Part shown: in pieces, positions 39,014-47,719 of the stretch | How positions within the stretch are numbered: position 1 is the stretch's first letter | How the letters are laid out: each line of letters opens with the position of its first letter | NCBI RefSeq assembly: GCF_000940805.1 | Contig: NZ_CP007142.1 | Span: forward strand, 408,593 to 472,592 | DNA: 64,000 bases | Reading direction: 5' to 3' | Origin: Gynuella sunshinyii YC6258 | GTDB taxonomy: Bacteria; Pseudomonadota; Gammaproteobacteria; Pseudomonadales; Natronospirillaceae | Translations under genes and position numbers: made by a program | The notes under the pieces: model-generated | The model's input: the letters and a program-made list of their open reading frames with translations, nothing else | What the model was told of the DNA's origin: nothing | Databases searched by the model: none

Positions 39014-39717
39014 GACTCCTCCCCCTCACTGCAGGTGTCACTGTCCACCAGCCCGTCAACAAAATGAATGATGCGGTTGCCATAGGCAGCCATATCCGGT
39101 TCGTGGGTCACCATCAGAATGGTCTGGCGCTGCTCACGATTAAGTTCGGCCAACAACTCCATGATCTCCTGGCTGCGTTCGGTATCGAGGTTACCAGTGG
39201 GTTCATCGGCCAGCAGAATGGCCGGATTGGTCGCCAGCGCTCTGGCAATGGCCACCCGCTGCTGCTGACCGCCGGATAATTCCGCCGGATGATGTTTGGC
39301 CCAAGGGGCCAGACCGACTTTATCCAGTGCCGACATGGCAGCCTGACGGCGTTCCCGACGACTGACCCCGCGGTAAACCAGCGGTAGTTCCACATTCTCC
39401 AGAGCACTGGTCCGGGCCAACAGATTAAACCCCTGAAATACAAACCCCACATGATGCCGGCGCAACAGTGCCCGCTGGTTGCGGTCCAGTGTGGATACAC
39501 CGATACCCTGGAAAAAATATTCCCCGGAAGTGATGACATCGAGACACCCGAGAATATTCATCACCGTTGATTTTCCCGAGCCACTGGGGCCCATCACTGA
39601 GACAAATTGTCCCGGGTGAATGGCAAAACTGACCCCTTTCAACGCCTGAAACGCCGCCTGACCGAAGCCGTAGGTCTTGGTCACTCCGGCAAAACGAATC
39701 AACGCCTGAGAGTTCAT
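39007..39717 (-). CDS. ABC transporter ATP-binding protein (MacB/LolD-type)
   Basis: Walker A GPSGSGKST, ABC signature LSGGQQQRVAIARAL, and Walker B ILLADEPTGNLD. Confidence 0.9.
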   Translation of the reverse strand: MNSQALIRFAGVTKTYGFGQAAFQALKGVSFAIHPGQFVSVMGPSGSGKSTVMNILGCLDVITSGEYFFQGIGVSTLDRNQRALLRRHHVGFVFQGFNLLARTSALENVELPLVYRGVSRRERRQAAMSALDKVGLAPWAKHHPAELSGGQQQRVAIARALATNPAILLADEPTGNLDTERSQEIMELLAELNREQRQTILMVTHEPDMAAYGNRIIHFVDGLVDSDTCSEGEESC

Positions 39718-41081
39718 GACTGCACCTGGGTGGAATCGGTGATCACCAAATCGCCCACCTGCAGGTCACCCGAAATCACCTGGGTTCTCAGGCCATCGCT
39801 GATGCCGGTCTCGATATGTACCGGTACCGGATGGTTGTCACGCAACACCCAGACCGTGGTACTGGCACCTTCAAGACTGCCGTTCATCGTAGTGGTATTA
39901 GTGTTCTGTCGGAAGTTTTCTCCCGGCGGTCCTCCCGGACCTCTTCCTCCCGGACCCCGGCGACCACCATCAAGTAAATTGGACAGAAAGTTACCGCTCC
40001 TCGCTTTATCGGGCGGTGATACTGACCCACCGGGTGCCGGTCCGAATACCGGCTGATAACGCAGTGCAGCATTGGCGATGGTCAGGGTATCCGTCGCAGA
40101 TTCCACCGCAATATCGGTTACAGCGGTCATACTGGGTAACAGCAACCGCTCCGGATTGGGAACGGTAAGAATAGTTTCATATGACACTACACTGGTATCA
40201 CTGTCCTCGGTAGAGGCCAGTCGAATCTGACTGATCTGTCCAGTGAAGCTGCGGCCGGAATAGGCATCCACGGTAAAGGTGGCCTGTTGTCCAAGTTTGA
40301 TCAGACCGATGTCCGCTTCATCAATATCAACATGCAACTCCATACTGGAAAGATCCCTGGCCAGCAAAAACAACGTAGGAGCCGAGTAGGAGGACGCCAC
40401 CGTCTGGCCGGGTTCGACATCTTTGGCCAGCACCACGCCATCAATCGGCGAAACAATTTCCGCTTTGCTCAGATCAGACTGCGCTGACTCCAGATTGGCG
40501 CGTGCCACTTCCACACTGGCATCAGCACTCAACTGCGCCGCCTGGGCCACTTCCCAGTCGATTTCATAGGCGTTCAGATCCTGCTTGGACGGCACCTTGC
40601 CACCGCTCAATTCCCACACCTGAAGATAGTGTTCATACTGGGCCTTGGCCTCCCGTGCCTCCGCCCGAGCCTGCTGCAATGAAGCCTGGGCCGACTTGAG
40701 AGAGGCCTTCTTCACCAGTACATCCGCTTCCAGCGTTGAGGTATTGAGTCTGGCCAACACCTGCCCTTTGATAACCTGGTCGTTATAGTCCACATAGACA
40801 TCGGTGATGATACCGGACAACTCGGAACTGACTTCCACTTCGTCCGTCGGTTCTATACTGCCGGTGGCGGAAACCGTCACTGCCAGATCCCCCTGGATGG
40901 CTGCATCGGTCTTGAATACGATATTGACCTGATTCTGTCCGCGACCGAAATAGTAAACCCCCGAACCTCCTGCCAGTAACAGCAGGGCCAGAATGATTCC
41001 CCATTTCAGTGCTTTGCGTTTACCGGACGTAGAGGTCAGTCCCAGTTGTGCCAATTGTTCGTTACTTTGATTACTCATCAT
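39714..41081 (-). CDS. Periplasmic adaptor (membrane fusion protein, HlyD/MacA family)
   Basis: N-terminal TM anchor, coiled-coil hairpin, and lipoyl/beta-barrel domains. Translationally coupled to the flanking genes. Confidence 0.8.
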   Translation of the reverse strand: MMSNQSNEQLAQLGLTSTSGKRKALKWGIILALLLLAGGSGVYYFGRGQNQVNIVFKTDAAIQGDLAVTVSATGSIEPTDEVEVSSELSGIITDVYVDYNDQVIKGQVLARLNTSTLEADVLVKKASLKSAQASLQQARAEAREAKAQYEHYLQVWELSGGKVPSKQDLNAYEIDWEVAQAAQLSADASVEVARANLESAQSDLSKAEIVSPIDGVVLAKDVEPGQTVASSYSAPTLFLLARDLSSMELHVDIDEADIGLIKLGQQATFTVDAYSGRSFTGQISQIRLASTEDSDTSVVSYETILTVPNPERLLLPSMTAVTDIAVESATDTLTIANAALRYQPVFGPAPGGSVSPPDKARSGNFLSNLLDGGRRGPGGRGPGGPPGENFRQNTNTTTMNGSLEGASTTVWVLRDNHPVPVHIETGISDGLRTQVISGDLQVGDLVITDSTQVQS

Positions 41082-42517
41082 GCGTCCAATCCATCAGTCG
41101 TGGAGGTTAAACCCTGCCAACCTCCTCCGAGGGAGCGATATAGTTCTATCCAGGCAGACAGGATGTCGCCACGGTTCGTGGCCAGCTCATTTTGTGCCGT
41201 CAGCAGAGTGGATTGTGCGTCCAGTACGGTTTCGAAATCGATCAGTCCGGCTTCGTAACGGACATTGGCCAGATCCAATGCCAGACTGGCGGAATCCTCA
41301 GCCAGCTGCAGAGCCTTTTGCTTATGCTGCTTGCTACTCAGGGTACCGAGCGCATTTTCCACTTCTTCACGGGCACTCAGCAGTGCCGCCCGATAATCCA
41401 GCAACGACTGTTGCAGCTGCAGCTGCTGGGATTGCATGTTCTTTTTGACGGTGCCGCCATCAAACAGGCTATAACTCAGACTGGTGGCCAGCCGGGTAAT
41501 AAAACTGTCGAGATCGAACAGATCACTCACACGAGTTCCACCACCAGTCAGGCTGCCGGTCAGATTGAAGGAGGGATAGCGCTGATTGCCGGCCTGTACC
41601 ACATTCTCGGCCTGTACTTTGACGGCAAACTCCTTGGCTTTGACATCCGGGCGCTGACGCAGAGTATCAGCCGGAATTCCCAGTGCCATCGAAGCCGGCA
41701 TGGCCGGCAAAGCCACATATTCTCTTAATTGCCGGCTCAGGCCGTCAGACAACCCACCGGTCAGTACCCACAACCGGTTCATGGCCTGATTCACCGTGTT
41801 CTCGTACTCTGGCAGCGACGCGCGGGTCTGCTCCAGTGTGGTTTCCGCCTGGATCACCTCCAGATCAGTGCTGATGCCAGCTTCTTTCTGCCATTTCACA
41901 AAGTCATAGCTTTGTTCCTGGATCGCAATGTTGGCCCTGATAACACGCAGGTTTTCCTGTGCACTGCGCAGCTCTGCATAGCTGCTGGCTGTTTCGGCAA
42001 TCAGACTGACCTGGCTGTAGTGCAGGGTTTCCAGACTGGCAGCCACCGATGCATCTGCTGATTTTTGTGCCGATGCCAGATTACCCCAGAGATCGAGTTC
42101 CCAGGATGCACTCAATCCGTCACTGAAAGATTCCGATGAACTGCTGTGACTGATGGATTCACTGGCACTCGCCGTGGCGGAAACCGATGGCACACCATCC
42201 ACTTTGGCATATTTCTGATCCAGTCTGGCCAGCTGGTAATTGAGTTGGGCGGTTTTCAGGTCAGTATTATTGGCCAGGGTCAACTGCACCAGCTGATTTA
42301 ACAGTTCATCATCAAACTTCCGCCACCAGCCGGTCATATCTTCTGTCGCCTGACGGTCAGATATCTGTCCGGTCTCACTGTGCCAGTTGTCATCCGGCGA
42401 AAATGCATCCAACTGATATTTTGGAGTCATGGTCGAGCAGCCGCTCAACACACATAACAGCAGTCCCATTGGGAACATTGGTTGGCAAGGTAATTTATTG
42501 GGTAACAATGGTCGCAT
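41078..42517 (-). CDS. Outer-membrane efflux lipoprotein (TolC/NodT family)
   Basis: Lipobox LLLCVLSGCST and two OEP repeats. The start is uncertain: candidate Met codons lie at 42589, 42517 and 42478. Confidence 0.75.
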   Translation of the reverse strand: MRPLLPNKLPCQPMFPMGLLLCVLSGCSTMTPKYQLDAFSPDDNWHSETGQISDRQATEDMTGWWRKFDDELLNQLVQLTLANNTDLKTAQLNYQLARLDQKYAKVDGVPSVSATASASESISHSSSSESFSDGLSASWELDLWGNLASAQKSADASVAASLETLHYSQVSLIAETASSYAELRSAQENLRVIRANIAIQEQSYDFVKWQKEAGISTDLEVIQAETTLEQTRASLPEYENTVNQAMNRLWVLTGGLSDGLSRQLREYVALPAMPASMALGIPADTLRQRPDVKAKEFAVKVQAENVVQAGNQRYPSFNLTGSLTGGGTRVSDLFDLDSFITRLATSLSYSLFDGGTVKKNMQSQQLQLQQSLLDYRAALLSAREEVENALGTLSSKQHKQKALQLAEDSASLALDLANVRYEAGLIDFETVLDAQSTLLTAQNELATNRGDILSAWIELYRSLGGGWQGLTSTTDGLDA

Positions 42518-42752
42518 GCAGGTGTTTTTACTCACGAATCTTGAATCTGAGCGCGAGAATAACACCGCGTCAGGCTCCATATTGCGCAAACATTGTGGAA
42601 TAGAAGGGCGTATACAGTTGTGGCCAAAAAGGCACTAGACGTAAGGGGTTATCGCTTATTGGTAATCATGATGCTGACAAAAACGTATCGTTATCAGCAT
42701 CCCAAACAGATGGTCTGAAAAACGGTTTTCAGGCACTGAACAGCATTGCGGC

Positions 42753-43292
42753 TCAACTCTCACGCAGACTTTTGCGAACCATGCGCAAAACGGACTCTTC
42801 ATCCGTCAGCTGATGAATCTCTGACCATGTCAGCCATCGCAGATCGTGGGACTCATCACTCAACACCAGGGCTTCCTGATCGGCTTCAAACCAGAAGCGG
42901 ATATCAAGATGCAGGTGGGCCGGTTCGGTTTTACGGGCCGGAATCTCGTGAATATCGATGTCAAAAATCTCCGGCTGTACTAACTCCAGTCCAGTGATCC
43001 CGGTTTCTTCGCGGGCCTCTCTGAGGCTGGCGGCCGGCAAACTGTCATCATCTTCAATATGGCCACCGGGCTGCACCCAGATATCCAGTTTGCCGTGATG
43101 TAACAGCACGGCCTGAGTGCGTTCACGGTTACTGATCCAGGCTGACGCCGTTAAATGTCCTTCGGCGGTATCCCGTTGATGAAAGCGGGGCTGGCGCTGC
43201 ACAAAGTCCCGGATAAATGCCAGGTCCTGCTGTTCTTTGTCACTGTCAGCCTGATAGGCATCCAACAGGCTAATGATCTCGATACTGTTCAT
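42753..43292 (-). CDS. NUDIX hydrolase
   Basis: Nudix box GGHIEDDDSLPAASLREAREETG. Start set at MNSIEII because the upstream 111 codons of the long ORF look non-coding. Confidence 0.6.
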   Translation of the reverse strand: MNSIEIISLLDAYQADSDKEQQDLAFIRDFVQRQPRFHQRDTAEGHLTASAWISNRERTQAVLLHHGKLDIWVQPGGHIEDDDSLPAASLREAREETGITGLELVQPEIFDIDIHEIPARKTEPAHLHLDIRFWFEADQEALVLSDESHDLRWLTWSEIHQLTDEESVLRMVRKSLRES

Positions 43293-43351
43293 GGAAAGGG
43301 CTCTGGTCAATATTCGAAAACCGGGGAGGGTATTCGTTCCACCGGCAATAG

Positions 43352-43945
43352 TCACCCCCACCATTGCTGATAGACCATCTTTATCGCGACATAACATAAC
43401 AGAACCGCCATCAACAGGTTGAGATAACGGAAGAACACCGGTCGGATGTAACGATGCATCTGCGCACCCAGGACACTGTATCCACCCGGTGCTCCCAGGG
43501 CGAATAGCGCCAGCAGAACCGACCAGATCAGAATATGAATTCCGCTGATGCCTTCTGCCGGAAACTGTACTGTACCGATGGGCAGGGTGGCCATCAGCCC
43601 TTTTGGATTCAGCAGCTGCATCCATACACCATCGAGGTAGTGCAGTGGTTTGTCAGCAACACCCTGACGATTCGCGAGATTAATATTGGCACGCAGCAGT
43701 TTCACCGCCAGATAGATCATGTAAGCGCCTCCCAGCAAGGCCAGGTAACGCTGCGCTGTTGGACCCAACAACCAGGCACCACTGTAACCAAAGACCAGAA
43801 ACATCATCAGCATGGCTGTCGAAACACCGGCGCAGAAACCAATCATTGACCTGATCTGCCCCTGCAGACCGGCGTTGAATGCCAACAGGTTTACCGGGCC
43901 AGGGGAATACATGATGCTGAACGCATAGGCAAAAACTTCCAACAT
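43352..43945 (-). CDS. LysE/RhtB-family amino-acid exporter
   Basis: MLEVFAYAFSIMYSPGPVNL is an N-terminal signature of the family. Six TM helices. Confidence 0.75.
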   Translation of the reverse strand: MLEVFAYAFSIMYSPGPVNLLAFNAGLQGQIRSMIGFCAGVSTAMLMMFLVFGYSGAWLLGPTAQRYLALLGGAYMIYLAVKLLRANINLANRQGVADKPLHYLDGVWMQLLNPKGLMATLPIGTVQFPAEGISGIHILIWSVLLALFALGAPGGYSVLGAQMHRYIRPVFFRYLNLLMAVLLCYVAIKMVYQQWWG

Positions 43946-43983
43946 GTTGTGACTCTTTATGTGTGAATGGGTTAAGGCGATGA

Positions 43984-44823
43984 TCAACAGATGCGCAGAT
44001 TGCGCTGATATTGTCTGGGAGTGGTACCGTAGACCGGTTTAAAGCGGCGGTTGAAGTGGCTCAGGTCGGAAAAACCATAAAGGTAGGCCACATCTTCCAC
44101 GGAACCGCCCCGCTCCAGCGCTTTGCGGGCACCATTGATCCGGCGGTTGAGTACGTATTGATAAGGCGTGATACCACACTGACTGCGAAACAAACGTAAA
44201 AAGTGGTATTTGGACAGGTTGGCCACCTGGCTCATATCCTCCAGCGTCAAACGGCTTTGCAGATGGGCCTCGATATAGTCTTTGACTCTTTCCAGCAGTC
44301 TGTCGGGACGACTCACGGTTGAGCAGGGCTGATAATCACCGCCAAGCTGACACAACCGTTCGGCAATGCGGTAGAGTCCTGCTTCCAGGGTCAATGGCGC
44401 CACGCCAGAATCATCCCCAGCCTCCATATTAATAACCTGTTGAAGAATAGCCGCACACAGAACCTCGTCCCGGAGCAGGGTCTGGCTAAAGCGAAAATCG
44501 GGGCGGGGGCGTTCCGTGATGCTGTTCAGCAATGGCTGAAGTTGTCGGGGATGCAGGTAAATCATCCGGTAGCGCAGGGTTTCATCAGTGCCGGAATGAC
44601 CGTCGTGAATCTCGTCTGGATTGAAGAGAATGATCGTTCCGGGTTGGCTCGAATGGTAATGACCGTTATGAAAAAAATCCTGACGGCCTGCCAGTGTCAC
44701 CCCAAGGGAATACTCCTCATGACTGTGACGCTCATAAGTGAAATCCGCCATCGCGGCGGTCAGCCCTCTGACATCAGGCAGCCACGGATTTTGACTGAAC
44801 TGAAATACGTTACCCGCCTGCAT
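43984..44823 (-). CDS. AraC-family transcriptional regulator (cupin sensor plus HTH)
   Basis: C-terminal dual HTH LSKYHFLRLFRSQCGITPYQYV...YLYGFSDLSHFNRRFK. Start at MQAGNVF is preceded by AGGGGG. Confidence 0.8.
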   Translation of the reverse strand: MQAGNVFQFSQNPWLPDVRGLTAAMADFTYERHSHEEYSLGVTLAGRQDFFHNGHYHSSQPGTIILFNPDEIHDGHSGTDETLRYRMIYLHPRQLQPLLNSITERPRPDFRFSQTLLRDEVLCAAILQQVINMEAGDDSGVAPLTLEAGLYRIAERLCQLGGDYQPCSTVSRPDRLLERVKDYIEAHLQSRLTLEDMSQVANLSKYHFLRLFRSQCGITPYQYVLNRRINGARKALERGGSVEDVAYLYGFSDLSHFNRRFKPVYGTTPRQYQRNLRIC

Positions 44824-45012
44824 TGTGATCCCCCTGCCAATGCCTCTGATCCGAATTGAATGCTCATACCCAGATATTAGAGCAATCCCGAGGATGCCGC
44901 TTGGACAAAATTGCGTAATATGGTGAGTGCCGGATCCGTGATGCATGGCAGATAGCGATCAGGAAAAAAGGTATCGGGTAACGCTGATATTTTTTGCGGT
45001 ACAGTAAGGATA

Positions 45013-45411
45013 TCAGGAGCCAGTTGATGCGCGCTGATGTCGCAGGGCCATAATGTCGGTTGCCAGTAGTTTCCACCAGCGGTCCACCTGATGCCGTAAA
45101 AACCATAACCGACGCCGGCCGTGACGCTGTTTATTCACAATCCTGCGGGTCAGCAGCTGCGCGCGAACACCTGCCCAGGCCGGAGTTGGCAGGGTAATGA
45201 GATTGATTCGGCAGGCAGGAAACACCTCATCGTAAAAAATGGATTCCAACTCGCTCAGCGAATATTTTGAATCCGCACAGACCCGGGCAATCTTCACCAG
45301 CTCTTTTTCTTCGTGGGTGTCCATAAACAACAACTGCATGGCATGCCAGATTGGCTCCCGATCCGGGATATCGTTTTCAATTGGGGTCATACAATCAGAC
45401 TGAAAATCCAT
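45013..45411 (-). CDS. Hypothetical protein
   Basis: Clean 132-aa ORF with nothing recognisable. Confidence 0.4.
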   Translation of the reverse strand: MDFQSDCMTPIENDIPDREPIWHAMQLLFMDTHEEKELVKIARVCADSKYSLSELESIFYDEVFPACRINLITLPTPAWAGVRAQLLTRRIVNKQRHGRRRLWFLRHQVDRWWKLLATDIMALRHQRASTGS

Positions 45412-45689
45412 TGGTATTATTTAACTTTAGGCAGTTTTTGTCGCTGACACGTAAAAACTTGTAAAACTTGCAGAATTTCATCTTCTATCATCCACCCTGC
45501 TTTGCACAGGGTTTTATTTCGGCTGTGTGCGACTCATCACAGAGGAATTTATTCCACCGGGCATTCACTCAGCCAACGTTCAGAGTTAATCTTGTCATCC
45601 CTCCATGGTCGTCAATACAAGCGGTATCGATCTGCTGTCTGATCATGTTTTCTGCGATGACTTTCAATGCATTACCGAAAGGAACAAAT

Positions 45690-46817
45690 ATGAATTTTAC
45701 CAAAGATCTTGACTGGATCCGCCGTCATATGCCCAGAACCGCACGTATGGTTTCAAAACTGGGAGACTGTCACGGCAAAAAGGTGGCCATCTGTACACAC
45801 CTGGATATCAAAATGGTGCCGCTGTACGAAGGCTTTCTGAAACAGGGAGGGGAGTTGTTCGTAACCACCTGTAACCCGACAACGGTTCGTGACGAAGTGG
45901 TCTCATATTTGTCCAGTCTCGGAGCCAGGACACATGCCTGGTTAAACATGAGTCAGGGTGACTGGGAACAATCACTGCAACAGGCATTGGACTGGCAACC
46001 GGATTACGTATGTGAGTTTGGCGCGGAAATCATGTCCCGGCTGCAACAACGGCCGGGTCAGACGATGAAGGCCGGACTCGAAGGTACCGGCTCGGGGGTT
46101 TCCAGACTCAAGCGAGCCGACATGACCTTTCCTGTTTTTAACTGGGACGACCTCGATGCCAAAGAGGGCCTGCACAATCGTCACATGGTGGGCCTGACAG
46201 CCTGGCAGGCATTCTTTGAACGCACACGCATGACATTACATGAGAAAACCGTTGTGGTGATCGGCTATGGGCTGGTGGGGCAGGGCGTGGCTTTCTCAGC
46301 CAGAGCCTATGGTGGTGCTGTCACGGTGGCAGAGCGAGACCCGGCACGTCGTCTGATGGCTCAATACGATGGCTGGCACGTCAGTGAACTGGATGACGCC
46401 ATTGCCCAGGCAGATGTGGTCGTTACCGCTACCGGAGCCTGCAATGTCATCACCGCCCGGCATTTACGACAACTGAAAAATGGCGCGTTTGTGATGAACG
46501 TTGGCCATGTCAGTGATGAAATTGATACCAGCGAACTGGACCTTAGCCAGGGTGAGGAAGTCCTGCCGCATGTCTACGAATATCAACAGGGCAACAAGCA
46601 CTTCTTTCTGTTGGCCAACGGAGCCATGTTCAATCTGACCGCCAGTTTTGGTGACAGCCTGAATGCCTTCGACGTTACTCTCGCCATCATGGCATCCGGA
46701 CTGGTCCATATTTTGGGAGACGGGGCCAAAGCTGATCCCGGTTTTTATCTGTTACCGGATGCGGTCTGGAAACCTGCAGTCAGTGCAATAACACCCGACA
46801 CCCCGGCATCACAATAA
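45690..46817 (+). CDS. S-adenosylhomocysteine hydrolase-like protein; a short, diverged paralog of about 375 aa
   Basis: Resembles the SAHH substrate domain (VAICTHLDIKM.., FVTTCNPTT, AW) and the NAD domain (VVVIGYGLVGQGVAFSARAYGGAVTVAERDP...TATG...NVGH). About 60-90 residues shorter than canonical AhcY. RBS AAGGA precedes ATG at 45690. Confidence 0.65.
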   Translation: MNFTKDLDWIRRHMPRTARMVSKLGDCHGKKVAICTHLDIKMVPLYEGFLKQGGELFVTTCNPTTVRDEVVSYLSSLGARTHAWLNMSQGDWEQSLQQALDWQPDYVCEFGAEIMSRLQQRPGQTMKAGLEGTGSGVSRLKRADMTFPVFNWDDLDAKEGLHNRHMVGLTAWQAFFERTRMTLHEKTVVVIGYGLVGQGVAFSARAYGGAVTVAERDPARRLMAQYDGWHVSELDDAIAQADVVVTATGACNVITARHLRQLKNGAFVMNVGHVSDEIDTSELDLSQGEEVLPHVYEYQQGNKHFFLLANGAMFNLTASFGDSLNAFDVTLAIMASGLVHILGDGAKADPGFYLLPDAVWKPAVSAITPDTPASQ

Positions 46818-47283
46818 ATTCTTCCAGTTGTTCCAGAACCCCGGCCATTCGTTGGTCGCGGTTCTGTACCAGCAACAGCTTCATTCGCTGAAAGGAGACC
46901 TTCACGGCCTCCTCAAGGGTTTGCGCATCGCCATTTATCTGCGCCCCCAACAACCTCTCACAATGTTGCAATAACAACCGCAGATACTCACTAACCAGAG
47001 ACCAGTGTCCCAATACCGACAGACAAATCACCAGATGATGACATGAGTACAACAGGTTATTGATCATTTCAGACGCGCCGACCACCTCATGCTGATGCTG
47101 CACAGCCAGTACGGCAATTTCGTAAGCTGCTCCCAGCTTGCGGCAGGCCAGTTCCCAACTTTGCGCCTCCATGGCCATCAGCCCGGCCAGCTTCAGGTGC
47201 TCAAACTGCTGATAGGCCTGAAGCGGATCCTGTGCGACCAATAACTGATGATGACTACAGATGAATCGCATAACTTGCCTCAT
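46780..47283 (-). CDS. Hypothetical helical protein
   Basis: Clean 167-aa ORF that is convergent with and overlaps the 3' end of the SAHH-like gene. Confidence 0.4.
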   Translation of the reverse strand: MRQVMRFICSHHQLLVAQDPLQAYQQFEHLKLAGLMAMEAQSWELACRKLGAAYEIAVLAVQHQHEVVGASEMINNLLYSCHHLVICLSVLGHWSLVSEYLRLLLQHCERLLGAQINGDAQTLEEAVKVSFQRMKLLLVQNRDQRMAGVLEQLEEFIVMPGCRVLLH

Positions 47284-47719
47284 GCTTTAAATGATAATGA
47301 TTATCATTTATAAACAAACGGGCCACATAATACAAGCAGGATTTCACGGCAACTGACTTGAATCACAAACAGCCTGACCCACACAGAAAAGGAATCAACC
47401 TGATGCAGACATGACTTGAACCGATACCGCTAATGAGTAAATTCTGTTACAAAATCAACCGGCTCGCCCGACTCTGAATCTGATAGTTAATACAACGTTA
47501 TGCACTGAATCATCCATACGCGATTGACGCCGTGTGACCGGATGTAACGCAAACACTGTGATCCGGATTTCATTTTGGCAATCAATATCGGCCAAAAGTG
47601 ATCCGAATCAGCAAAAAAGCAACATTAAACTGTATTCGAAGTTAAGATATACCTGCATGATCTAAAGACAGATCAGTAATCCAGTTTCCAAAAACAATTC
47701 CAAGCAGGATTATCAAAAC

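Noticed and set aside
43293-43625. The N-terminal 111 codons of the 290-aa ORF containing the NUDIX domain
   Set aside because: Composition is unlike a coding region (Gly/Arg/Ser/His-rich) and NUDIX proteins are typically 150-180 aa, so this is probably an artefact of an open upstream frame. A longer protein cannot be excluded; confidence 0.6.
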